Positions 16,746 through 24,000 of a stretch of DNA of 24,000 nt are shown one piece after another (the first letter of the stretch is position 1; each line of letters opens with the position of its first letter). The notes below the pieces were generated by a model, which saw only the letters and a program-made list of their open reading frames with translations, was not told the origin of the DNA and ran no database searches. This DNA is from Lachnospiraceae bacterium 46-15. Its GTDB lineage: Bacteria > Bacillota > Clostridia > Lachnospirales > Lachnospiraceae. The position numbers and the translations under genes are program-made. Where the stretch lies: positions 61,595 through 85,594 of the forward strand of contig JBCLQO010000009.1 of assembly GCA_041223665.1 (NCBI GenBank), given 5' to 3'.

Positions 16746-16829
16746 TCAGCAGCCAAATGGACACATAGGTGTACATCTGCCGCATAAAGGAACCTTTGCC
16801 GTGCCGCTACTGCAACTGTCTGCGTCCAT
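16746..16829 (-). CDS. Candidate 27-codon Cys-rich small ORF in the mgtE leader (MDADSCSSGTAKVPLCGRCTPMCPFGC)
   Basis: Absent from the ORF track because it is too short. The minus-strand ATG at 16829 is preceded by AAAGGAGG with a 7-nt spacer. The TGA stop is at 16748-16746. The peptide has 5 Cys and 3 Pro in 27 residues. It lies downstream of the M-box terminators and about 100 nt upstream of mgtE. Confidence 0.3.
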   Translation of the reverse strand: MDADSCSSGTAKVPLCGRCTPMCPFGC

Positions 16830-16874
16830 AAAACTGCCTCCTTTCAAAGAATTTTTAAAAAGTCAAATCAAAGT

Positions 16875-16894
16875 CCCCGCCGCAAGCAGCGGGG
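16875..16894 (-). terminator. Second GC-rich hairpin downstream of the M-box terminator
   Basis: The minus-strand RNA CCCCGCUGC-UUG-CGGCGGGG pairs fully with one G-U pair, whereas the plus-strand version would carry a C-A mismatch. This supports minus-strand function. It is followed by ACTTTGATTTGACTTTTT. Confidence 0.35.
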
Positions 16895-16904
16895 CATCAA
16901 ACTT

Positions 16905-16936
16905 GAAATAAAAAACCACTGCCTGAACAGTGGTGC
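16905..16936 (-). terminator. Intrinsic terminator forming the M-box expression platform
   Basis: Minus strand: ACCACTG-TTCAGG-CAGTGGT followed by TTTTTTATTT, about 14 nt after the aptamer. Confidence 0.65.
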
Positions 16937-16948
16937 GCATAAAAAAAT

Positions 16949-17093
16949 CCGCAGACCGTTCAAGCTTTAGCATCACAGGGCGTGAAACTGCATTAGGTAA
17001 CGCCTTCTACGACGTCACCTGCTGACCTTCTCGTTGTGTCTCCACAGCTTCGCGGCAGCAGTCCATATCCCTGCGGTAGCCTCACCTACCGAA
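16949..17093 (-). promoter_or_regulatory. M-box (ykoK-type) Mg2+ riboswitch aptamer
   Basis: The minus-strand sequence is TTCGGTAGGTGAGGCTACCGCAGGGATATGGACTGCTGCCGCGAAGCTGTGGAGACACAACGAGAAGGTCAGCAGGTGACGTCGTAGAAGGCGTTACCTAATGCAGTTTCACGCCCTGTGATGCTAAAGCTTGAACGGTCTGCGG. It carries the conserved M-box blocks as I recall them from the B. subtilis mgtE leader (GGUGAGGCU, GCUGCUGCC, GGUCA(A/G)CAG, UAAUGCAG, UGCUAAAGCU..ACG). The position upstream of mgtE is the canonical context. Confidence 0.85.
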
Positions 17094-17123
17094 TCAACGA
17101 TATTGTTTATGATATCTATATCT

Positions 17124-17152
17124 AATCTACACGTTTCGGTTTGCTTTGTCAA
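17124..17152 (-). promoter_or_regulatory. Promoter of the M-box/mgtE transcript (TTGACA-17 nt-TAGATT on the minus strand)
   Basis: On the plus strand, TGTCAA at 17147-17152 and AATCTA at 17124-17129. The aptamer begins about 30 nt downstream. Confidence 0.5.
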
Positions 17153-17302
17153 TATTTAAATTCAGGATTGCTGCTGTAATCGGCAATCTCCGCAACAAAC
17201 TATGTCTGTATCCGAGAAAAGTATATAAAACAACATGCAGGTATGCTATACTAAAAAGAAATTTTTGAGATTTTCAAGATAAAGGAAGGATGTGTGCAGC
17301 AT

Positions 17303-18691
17303 ATGGCAGATGAGACGAAAATACAGCTTTTTGAGCAGAAGCCTGTCCCGGCGGCGGTTATGAAGCTGGCGGTTCCGACGGTTATCAGCTCCCTGGTGAT
17401 GGTGATTTACAATCTTTCGGATACTTTCTTTGTGGGGATGGTAAACGACCCAATACAGAATGCGGCGGTTACGCTTGCGGCGCCCGTACTGCTGGCATTT
17501 AATGCGGTAAACAATCTGTTTGGGGTGGGAAGCTCCAGTATGATGAGCCGCGCTCTGGGAAAGAAAGATTATGATACGGTTGCCCGCAGCTCGGCTTTTG
17601 GGTTTTACTGTGCCTTGCTGTGCGGGGTTTTGTTCGCGGTGGTTTATACGGCAGGCAGCGGCCTGTTTTTGGAGCTGCTGGGAACAGAGGCGGAGACGGC
17701 AGGGGCAACCGCGGAATACTTAAAGTGGACGGTCAGTTTCGGGGCGGTTCCGGCAATCTTAAATGTGGTGATGGCGTATCTGGTGCGCTCTGAGGGGGCT
17801 ACCCTCCATGCCAGCATCGGCACGATGAGCGGCTGTCTGCTGAATATTGTGCTGGACCCTATTTTTATCCTTCCTTGGGGGCTGAATATGGGAGCGGCAG
17901 GCGCGGGATTTGCGACGTTCCTTTCGAACTGTTTTGCCTGCCTTTATTTCTTTGTGCTTCTGTTTGTAAAGAAGAAAAGTACCAGCGTCTGCATCCGCCC
18001 GTCTATGTTTGGATTCCGGAAGAAGATTCTGCTGGGCGTGTGCGGTGTGGGTATCCCCGCAGCGATACAGAACATCTTGAATGTAACGGGAATGACGATT
18101 CTGAACAATTTTACTTCCGGTTATGGCTCGGACGTGGTGGCGGCGATGGGAATCGCCCAGAAAATCAATATGGTGCCTCTTTATATTGCACTGGGGCTGT
18201 CACAGGGAATTATGCCTCTGGTGAGTTACAATTATGCCAGCGGAAATGGCAGGCGCATGAAGGAGGCGGTGCTGTTTTCTGTGAAAATATCGGCTGTTTT
18301 TATGGCGGCTACCACGCTGGTTTATTATTTGGGGGCGGATTTTTGGACGTCGCTGTTCATGAAAAATGAGGTGATTGTTGCGTATGGAGGCCGTTTCCTG
18401 CAGGGGCTTTCCCTGTCGCTTCCGTTCCTGGCCATTGATTTTCTGGCAGTAGGAGTTTTTCAGGCGTGCGGTATGGGAAGCTGGGCGTTTGTTTTTGCGA
18501 TTTTGCGGAAAATTGTTTTTGAAATTCCGGCGCTGTATATTCTGGACAGGCTGTTTCCGCTCTATGGGCTTACTTATGCCCAATTTACGGCGGAGCTCAT
18601 TTTGTCTGCAGCAGCAGTTCTGGTGCTTGTGCGGATTTTTAAAAGGATGCCCGGCGGCGTTTCGGCAGAGGGAAAAAGGGATTCTGTTTGA
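17303..18691 (+). CDS. MATE-family efflux transporter
   Basis: ORF 17294(GTG)..18691, with the first ATG at 17303. It is a 12-TM-like protein of about 460 aa with a MATE-typical N-terminus (PVPAAVMKLAVPTVISSLVMVIYNLSDTFFVG) and repeated halves. Confidence 0.88.
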   Translation: MADETKIQLFEQKPVPAAVMKLAVPTVISSLVMVIYNLSDTFFVGMVNDPIQNAAVTLAAPVLLAFNAVNNLFGVGSSSMMSRALGKKDYDTVARSSAFGFYCALLCGVLFAVVYTAGSGLFLELLGTEAETAGATAEYLKWTVSFGAVPAILNVVMAYLVRSEGATLHASIGTMSGCLLNIVLDPIFILPWGLNMGAAGAGFATFLSNCFACLYFFVLLFVKKKSTSVCIRPSMFGFRKKILLGVCGVGIPAAIQNILNVTGMTILNNFTSGYGSDVVAAMGIAQKINMVPLYIALGLSQGIMPLVSYNYASGNGRRMKEAVLFSVKISAVFMAATTLVYYLGADFWTSLFMKNEVIVAYGGRFLQGLSLSLPFLAIDFLAVGVFQACGMGSWAFVFAILRKIVFEIPALYILDRLFPLYGLTYAQFTAELILSAAAVLVLVRIFKRMPGGVSAEGKRDSV

Positions 18692-19797
18692 TGGGGGATG
18701 GTATGGGGAATTTATTTTGGAGGAGAAATCCTTATGATATCCAGGGGACGGACGCAGTATTTTTGCAGAAGGTGGTTGAGAATGCGCTGTTCCAGTATGA
18801 TAACTGCGGGGAATACCGCCGATTGCTGGAGCAAAGGGGCTTTACGCGGGAAAGGATTTTGAAGCTGGGAGCGCCGGAGGAGCTGCCGTTTCTGCCAACG
18901 CTGTATTTTAAACATCACAGGCTTTTGTCGGTGCCGGAAAAGAAGCTGAAAATGAAAACCACTTCATCGGGAACCAGCGGGAATAAAAGCATGGTGGGAT
19001 TTGATATGAAAAGCCTCTGGGCGGGGCTTGGGATGGTTCTGGCGATGGGCGGGAGACATAAGCTGTTTTCGGCTGTCCCCAGCCATTATGTAATCCTGGG
19101 ATATGAATATAACCGCCATGAGAGCATGGTGATTATGAAAACCGCATACGGGCAGACCTGGTTTACGCCTGCATTGTCAAAAACTTATGCGCTGGCATAT
19201 AAGAATGGGAAATACATGCTCCAGCTAGAGCGTGTCAAGGAACAGCTGATACGGCTGAGCCGGCAGAGGTTCCCGGTACGGATTTTGGGATTTCCTTTCC
19301 ATGCGGCGTGGCTCCTGAATCAGATGAAAGAAGAAGGAATCCGTTTAAATCTTCCCAAAGGTTCCCGGATGATGTTCGGCGGCGGATGGAAAAAGCATTT
19401 TTCTGAACGGGTGGATAAGGAGACAATGTACCGCCTGGTCTATGAGGTTCTTGGCATTCCGGAAGAAAACTGTCTGGAATTTTTTGGGGCGGCGGAGCAC
19501 CCTATTTTGTACTGCACATGTCCCAGGCATCATTTCCATGTCCCGGTTTATGCCAGGGTGGTAATCCGTGATACAGATACTTATGAACCAGTGCCAAATG
19601 GCACGCCGGGACTGGTGAATCTGATTACACCAATGATGAACAGTGCGCCAGTAATTAGTATTATGACAGATGATTTGGGCATTCTGCACGATGGTTCTGC
19701 ATGTGGCTGCGGGATTCAGACCCCTTATCTGGAAATCCTGGGGAGGGTGGGGATAGAAGATATTACGACCTGCGCAGCGGGTGCAGAGAAACTATAG
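18691..19797 (+). CDS. LuxE-like acyl-protein synthetase / acyl-adenylate-forming enzyme
   Basis: ORF 18688(TTG)..19797. ATG 18691 overlaps the MATE stop (TGATG). It has the adenylation motif KTTSSGTSGNKS and an N-terminal NPY...NC.EYRRLL pattern that I associate with the LuxE family (PF04443) in Clostridia. The family call is from memory. Confidence 0.7.
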   Translation: MGDGMGNLFWRRNPYDIQGTDAVFLQKVVENALFQYDNCGEYRRLLEQRGFTRERILKLGAPEELPFLPTLYFKHHRLLSVPEKKLKMKTTSSGTSGNKSMVGFDMKSLWAGLGMVLAMGGRHKLFSAVPSHYVILGYEYNRHESMVIMKTAYGQTWFTPALSKTYALAYKNGKYMLQLERVKEQLIRLSRQRFPVRILGFPFHAAWLLNQMKEEGIRLNLPKGSRMMFGGGWKKHFSERVDKETMYRLVYEVLGIPEENCLEFFGAAEHPILYCTCPRHHFHVPVYARVVIRDTDTYEPVPNGTPGLVNLITPMMNSAPVISIMTDDLGILHDGSACGCGIQTPYLEILGRVGIEDITTCAAGAEKL

Positions 19798-19832
19798 AAT
19801 ATGGTAAGAAATGCAGCGGGGAGAGGTAGATT

Positions 19833-21179
19833 ATGATTTTATTTCATGGGAAGATTCTGCCTGATAAAGAGTTGGACAGGATTATGGAAGGGCTGCAGGA
19901 TTTCTGCATCCGGGCAGTTGAGGAGCAAAAACTCAGTGCGGCGAAAGTAATAGAAGCCTGTGATGTTCTTTCGGACAGGATTCGAGATGGGGTTTATGAT
20001 GAAATCCTGCAGCCGCTTTTGGAGAAAGGGGTATTTACGGAACATCAGCTGGAAGAGGCAGTTACGTTTTTCTGCCGTGAAAATCTGGAGTACAAATACC
20101 GGACGGAACTGGGGAGCCTATACAGGTATCCTGATGTGCAGAACTCTAGCGGCCGGACGCTGGGCAAAATGGAATGCCAAACAGAAAATCCTGGGGATTT
20201 ACAGCCGCCGGGATATAGCGGCACAGTCAGGCGGCGTCTTATGCCGCTTGGAGTTTTGTTCCATATCGCGGCCGGAAATGCGGAAGGGCTTCCCTTTTAC
20301 AGCGTTATAGAAGGGCTGCTGATGGGAAATGTAAATATTTTAAAGCTGCCCTCTGCGGATGACGGGCTGTCGGCGCTTCTTTTGCAGGAATTGATGAAAA
20401 TTAACCCGGATTTGGTGCCCTATCTAACAGTTTTTGATATTCCGTCTACAAATCTGGAGATGCTTCAAAAGGTTGGGGAAATGGCGGATGCCATCGTAGT
20501 CTGGGGCGGGGATGAGGCCATCCGTGCGGCGAGGAGTCTGGCCGGTGCGGGGACTCAGATAATCAGCTGGGGGCATAAACTGAGCTTTGCGTATGCCGTC
20601 TCGGATGCACCAGAGGAGGAGCTTCGCAGGCTGGCATCTCATATTTGTGTGACGAACCAGCTTCTGTGCAGTTCTTGCCAGGGGATTTTTGCAGATACGG
20701 AGGATATGGAAGCTGTGGAGCTCCTGGGGCGGCGGTTTCTTGCCGTTCTGGAGGAAGAAGGCAGAAGATATCCGCAGCTTCATCTGGGAATCCGCGGGAA
20801 AGTTGGGATTTCCCTTTATAATGAGGAATTGGAAGCTCCGGTTTCCCGACGGAAAATACTCAGGGGGAAAGGCGTCAGCGTGATTTTGGCGCAAGACCAT
20901 ACGCTGGAATTATCCTATATGTTCCGGAACTGCTGGGTAAAGCCCCTGCCTAGAAAAGAAATCGTAAAGGCATTAAAGCCGTATCGGGGTTATCTGCAGA
21001 CCGTAGGGCTTATCTGTCCCAGGACAGACAGGGCGTATCTGGAGGAGCAGCTTTTTAAAGCCGGGGTTGTCCGTATCACAGATGCGGGAGGAATGTCCGA
21101 TATGGTGGCGGGCGGCGGTCATGACGGGGAGTATCCGCTGAGGAGGTACAGCAGGATTGTGGAAGTATATAAACAGTAA
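19833..21179 (+). CDS. LuxC-like acyl-CoA (acyl-protein) reductase, aldehyde-dehydrogenase fold
   Basis: 448 aa. FHIAAGNAEGLPFYSVIEGLLMGNVNILKLPS resembles the LuxC family (PF05893) core. NQLLCSSCQG supplies a candidate nucleophilic Cys. The gene sits immediately after a LuxE-like gene, which is the classic pairing. Confidence 0.68.
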   Translation: MILFHGKILPDKELDRIMEGLQDFCIRAVEEQKLSAAKVIEACDVLSDRIRDGVYDEILQPLLEKGVFTEHQLEEAVTFFCRENLEYKYRTELGSLYRYPDVQNSSGRTLGKMECQTENPGDLQPPGYSGTVRRRLMPLGVLFHIAAGNAEGLPFYSVIEGLLMGNVNILKLPSADDGLSALLLQELMKINPDLVPYLTVFDIPSTNLEMLQKVGEMADAIVVWGGDEAIRAARSLAGAGTQIISWGHKLSFAYAVSDAPEEELRRLASHICVTNQLLCSSCQGIFADTEDMEAVELLGRRFLAVLEEEGRRYPQLHLGIRGKVGISLYNEELEAPVSRRKILRGKGVSVILAQDHTLELSYMFRNCWVKPLPRKEIVKALKPYRGYLQTVGLICPRTDRAYLEEQLFKAGVVRITDAGGMSDMVAGGGHDGEYPLRRYSRIVEVYKQ

Positions 21180-21280
21180 TGCCGGATGAACATAATGTAA
21201 AGATTGTATTTTCTACCGGGATTCGCTATACTAAGCCTAAATGGGCTTTGAAAGCCCGTGTTGTGAAAAGAGGGGATGAC

Positions 21281-22360
21281 ATGGAAAGCAGCATCAGGAA
21301 CGGATATGGGAACAGAAGAAGATATAGAAAGACGGCGGCAGTATTCCTTATGGCGCTTCTGCTGGCAGGGTGCCAGAAGGGAGAGAGGGAGCTTACCGAG
21401 GTAGAAATCGGGATGGAAGCTGTCGGTAAGGGTGATTACAAGGGCGCTTTGGCGTCTTTTGAGGCAGAGATTGCAGGAGAAGGAGATTTGCTCCGGGCGT
21501 ATCGGGGAGCAGGGATGGCATATATGGGGATGGGCGAGTATGAACAGGCAGTCCAGCTCTTTGACGCGGCGCTCCATGAGACGGACGAGAAGCAGGAGGA
21601 AAACAGAAAGGATATCCTGTATTATAAAGCGGCGGCGCTGTACCGCCAGCAGGACTATGACGGGACGATTGGGGTATGCAGGGAAATCCTGGATATTGCT
21701 CAGGAGGGGGATGCGCTTTATCTGACCGGGACATGCTATCTGGAGAAGGGCGATGAAGAGGCGGCGCAGATGAACTTTGATTTGGCGGTGCAGGCCGCGC
21801 CCAAGGATTATGATATATACCTGAATATTTATGAGAGTTACAAGGAAAAGAAACAGTCGGCGAAGGGAGCGGAGTATCTTCAGCAGGCGCTTCAGGTTGA
21901 GAGCGGAAAGCAGGAGGATGCTTATTATAAAGCCAGGATTTATTACAACCTGGAGAACTATGAGGAGGCGGGCGCGCAGCTTACCGGGCTTTTAGAAGAA
22001 AAGAATGGGGATGCGCTGCTTCTGATGGGAAAGATTTATCTGGCAGTGGAAGACCCTGCACGTTCGGCCAAGATGTATGAGCAGTATCTTGCGGAAATCG
22101 GGGAGAGCCCTGAGGCGTACAACGGGATTGTCTTGGCAAAAATGGCGCAGCAGGACTATGACGCAGCGCTTGCTGCTGTGGCAAAGGGGCTGGCGCTGGA
22201 TACGGAACAGGGAAAACAATCTCTGCTTTATAACGAGATTGTGGCTTATGAACATAAGGGAGAATTTACGGCGGCAAAGGTGAAAGCCGAGATTTATATG
22301 GAAAAATATCCTGCCGATGAGGCGGGACGGAAAGAATATGAGTTTCTTTTGAACCGTTAA
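21281..22360 (+). CDS. TPR-repeat lipoprotein
   Basis: ORF 21179..22360. The preferred start is ATG 21281, with AAAGAGGGGA just upstream. Signal peptide with lipobox: RRRYRKTAAVFLMALLLAGC. The rest is made of repeated TPR-like units (GDYKGALASFEAEI, GEYEQAVQLFDAAL, QDYDGTIGVCREIL, ENYEEAGAQL, QDYDAALAAVAKGL). Confidence 0.75.
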   Translation: MESSIRNGYGNRRRYRKTAAVFLMALLLAGCQKGERELTEVEIGMEAVGKGDYKGALASFEAEIAGEGDLLRAYRGAGMAYMGMGEYEQAVQLFDAALHETDEKQEENRKDILYYKAAALYRQQDYDGTIGVCREILDIAQEGDALYLTGTCYLEKGDEEAAQMNFDLAVQAAPKDYDIYLNIYESYKEKKQSAKGAEYLQQALQVESGKQEDAYYKARIYYNLENYEEAGAQLTGLLEEKNGDALLLMGKIYLAVEDPARSAKMYEQYLAEIGESPEAYNGIVLAKMAQQDYDAALAAVAKGLALDTEQGKQSLLYNEIVAYEHKGEFTAAKVKAEIYMEKYPADEAGRKEYEFLLNR

Positions 22361-22377
22361 CGGGAAGGAGGCACAGT

Positions 22378-23625
22378 ATGGAAGCATTTGAGCTGAAAGA
22401 GATAGAAGAGAGAGTTATCCTGGTGGGGGTTCAGGAAAATAATGGGGAAGATACGGAAGAGTCCCTCCAGGAACTGGCAGAGCTGGTGCGCACGGCGGGC
22501 GCAGAGGCGGTGGGCAGCCTGATTCAGAACAGGGAGGCCATTCACCCGGGAACCTACATTGGAAAAGGAAAAATCGAGGAGCTGCGGGCGATGGCAGATA
22601 TGCTGGATGCCACCGGGATCGTGTGCGATGATGAATTGTCCCCGGCACAGCTTCGGAATCTGGAGCAGGAGCTGGACATGAAGGTTATGGACAGGACGCT
22701 GATTATTCTGGATATTTTTGCGGCGCGGGCGAGCACGAATGAAGGAAAAATACAGGTGGAGCTTGCCCAGCTCAAATACCGCCAGGCGCGTCTGGTGGGG
22801 CTGCGTGATTCCCTTTCCAGGCTGGGAGGAGGTATCGGGACAAGAGGGCCGGGAGAGAAGAAGCTGGAGATGGACAGGCGTCTGATTAAGGATCGTATCG
22901 CTCAGCTGAACCGGGAGCTGGCTGACGTGAAGCGGCACCGGGAGGTGACAAGGGCAAAGCGCAGTAAGAATAAGGCTCCGGTGGCGGCCATCGTGGGTTA
23001 TACCAATGCGGGAAAGTCCACGCTTTTAAATACGCTGACAGGGGCGGGAGTTCTGCAGGAGGATAAGCTATTTGCGACTCTGGACCCTACAACACGGACG
23101 CTGGAGATGGAGGGGGGCGCACAGATTCTGCTCACGGATACGGTAGGGTTTATCCGCAAACTGCCCCATCATCTGATAGAGGCGTTCCGCAGTACCCTGG
23201 AGGAAGCGAAGTATGCTGATATTATTCTTCATGTGGTAGACGCATCGAATCCGCAGATGGAAAAGCAGATGCATGTAGTCTACGAAACGCTGGCAAACCT
23301 GGGCGTGAAGGATAAGACGATGGTGACGCTGTTTAACAAACAGGACAGGGTAGTGGAAAAGGAAAACCTGCGTGACTTTAAGGCGGATTACTGCCTGAAG
23401 ATTTCCGCAAAGACAGGGGAGGGGCTGGAAGATATGAAATCCCTTCTGGAGAAGCTTCTCCGGGAGCGCAGCGTACTGATTGAACGGACGTATCCTTACG
23501 GACAGGCGGGGCTTATCCAGCTCATAAGGAAGCATGGGCAGCTTCTTGAGGAGGAATACCGCCCCGAGGGAATCTATGTGAAAGCGTATGTGCCAATGGA
23601 AATTTATGGAAACGTGGCACTGTAA
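22378..23625 (+). CDS. hflX: GTPase HflX
   Basis: 415 aa with the HflX N-domain (ELAELVRTAGAEAV...IFAARASTNEGKIQVELAQLKY), G1 GYTNAGKSTLLN, G3 DTVGFI and G4 NKQD. SD GGAAGGAGG is upstream. Confidence 0.95.
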   Translation: MEAFELKEIEERVILVGVQENNGEDTEESLQELAELVRTAGAEAVGSLIQNREAIHPGTYIGKGKIEELRAMADMLDATGIVCDDELSPAQLRNLEQELDMKVMDRTLIILDIFAARASTNEGKIQVELAQLKYRQARLVGLRDSLSRLGGGIGTRGPGEKKLEMDRRLIKDRIAQLNRELADVKRHREVTRAKRSKNKAPVAAIVGYTNAGKSTLLNTLTGAGVLQEDKLFATLDPTTRTLEMEGGAQILLTDTVGFIRKLPHHLIEAFRSTLEEAKYADIILHVVDASNPQMEKQMHVVYETLANLGVKDKTMVTLFNKQDRVVEKENLRDFKADYCLKISAKTGEGLEDMKSLLEKLLRERSVLIERTYPYGQAGLIQLIRKHGQLLEEEYRPEGIYVKAYVPMEIYGNVAL

Positions 23626-23665
23626 GGGTGCGGCGCGGTATTCACAATATGTCTCATCTATTTAT

Positions 23666-23726
23666 AAAAACACTACATTTTGTAATGACGAAACAAATTT
23701 GTCATATATGTAGTGTTTTTTCGTGT
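23666..23726 (+). terminator. Intrinsic terminator after hflX (long A-tract/stem/T-tract hairpin)
   Basis: Perfect 13-nt arms AAAAACACTACAT (23666-23678) / ATGTAGTGTTTTT (23708-23720), plus an inner ATGAC/GTCAT pair, followed by TTCGTGTT. Confidence 0.65.
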
Positions 23727-23754
23727 TGACGCTGTAATATATCTCTGATAGAAT
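23726..23754 (+). promoter_or_regulatory. Promoter candidate for the ribonucleotide reductase gene (TTGACG-17 nt-TGaTAGAAT)
   Basis: TTGACG at 23726-23731 and TAGAAT at 23749-23754, with TG at 23746-23747. The leader to ATG 23860 is about 100 nt. Confidence 0.45.
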
Positions 23755-23859
23755 AGAACGTGCCTGTTCAGCCAGGCTGAACGGCTGTGAGAAACGGAGA
23801 AAACATTAAGCGCACATTTGGGGCGCATGCGATAGGTTTTGCATGGAAGGAGAAACGGT

Positions 23860-24000
23860 ATGTTCAAGGTAGTAAAAAGAGACGGAGAAGTTGCGGAGTT
23901 TAATCTGGAGAAGATTTCCGATGCCATTGCGAAAGCATTTGACGCCACGGAGATGCAGTATAACGGAGATATCACGGGGCTGCTGGCTCTGCGGGTGACG
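23860..24000 (+). CDS. nrdD: Ribonucleotide reductase N-terminus (ATP-cone), probably anaerobic class III NrdD; continues past the window end
   Basis: Absent from the ORF track because it is truncated. ATG 23860 follows GGAAGGAG. MFKVVKRDGEVAEFNLEKISDAIAKAFDATEMQYNGDITGLLALRVT is a typical ATP-cone start (VxKRDGxxxxFxxxKIxxAIxKA). The class assignment is uncertain from 47 aa. Confidence 0.55.
   Translation, partial: MFKVVKRDGEVAEFNLEKISDAIAKAFDATEMQYNGDITGLLALRVT

Noticed and set aside
15353-16768. Plus-strand ORFs 15353..15691, 16136..16372, 16174..16716 and 16433..16768
   Set aside because: They are antisense to mgtE or its leader. mgtE is unambiguous, and the region upstream of it is explained by the M-box riboswitch.
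18719-18736. A perfect SD (GGAGGAG) + 8 nt + ATG at 18734, suggesting a different start for the LuxE-like gene
   Set aside because: That ATG is in the +1 frame relative to the long ORF and would give only about 42 aa. The long frame already encodes the family-typical NPY...NC.EYRRLL N-terminus upstream of it, so the SD-like string is taken as coincidental coding sequence (WRR).
21179-21280. Upstream start (ATG 21179, overlapping the luxC-like stop) for the TPR protein
   Set aside because: It would place 34 non-hydrophobic residues in front of the lipoprotein signal peptide. ATG 21281 has a proper SD and gives a canonical n-region plus lipobox (LLAGC).
22357-23535. Minus-strand ORFs 22357..22938, 22415..22648, 22554..22775 and 23068..23535
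   Set aside because: They are antisense to hflX, whose G-domain motifs are unambiguous.
23673-23975. 100-aa minus-strand ORF spanning the hflX-RNR intergenic region
   Set aside because: It runs through a terminator hairpin, a promoter, and the antisense of the ATP-cone coding start. It has no SD, and the plus-strand ATP-cone frame is clearly real.
1-24000. A search by eye for CRISPR arrays, tRNA/rRNA genes, IS elements/transposases, integrases and toxin-antitoxin pairs
   Set aside because: I saw no regularly spaced direct repeats, no cloverleaf-like or rRNA-like segments, no DDE or tyrosine-recombinase-like ORFs, and no small adjacent ORF pairs. The absence is based on visual inspection only.

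Overview
This window looks like a chromosomal segment from a Firmicute, probably a Clostridia or Lachnospiraceae-like anaerobe; that is inferred from gene content and Shine-Dalgarno/promoter style, not from any search. Most of it is ordinary core or shell genome. In order: a partial DUF885 gene, murA, a hypothetical membrane protein, pgi, an HD-domain hydrolase, a YtrA-like GntR + ABC ATPase + ABC-2 permease operon, a DUF554 membrane protein, a VanZ-like protein with a Pro/Tyr-rich repeat tail, mgtE behind an M-box (Mg2+) riboswitch, a MATE exporter coupled to a LuxE-like/LuxC-like pair, a TPR lipoprotein, hflX, and the start of an ATP-cone ribonucleotide reductase (probably nrdD). The stand-out element is a two-gene cassette at 8833-14126 that looks more A+T-rich by eye. 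It sits between the DUF554 gene and the convergent vanZ-like/mgtE unit. It encodes an 899-aa P-loop NTPase with KAP-like Walker A/B spacing, followed 26 nt later by an 855-aa protein carrying the full adenosine/AMP-deaminase motif set (HxH, HAGE, GHG, NTDD) inside a much-expanded scaffold. This matches the RdrA/RdrB architecture of the RADAR anti-phage system. I call it a divergent, accessory-gene-less RADAR-like defence locus. No HMM or structure search could be run, so this rests on motifs and architecture only. Secondary points of interest are a 27-codon Cys-rich sORF with a perfect SD between the M-box terminators and mgtE, the orphan luxE/luxC-like pair coupled to a MATE pump, a 33-bp tandem coding repeat in the vanZ-like gene, and a hairpin downstream of hflX that could also be a pair of NrdR boxes. 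I recognised no tRNA, rRNA, CRISPR array, transposase or integrase.
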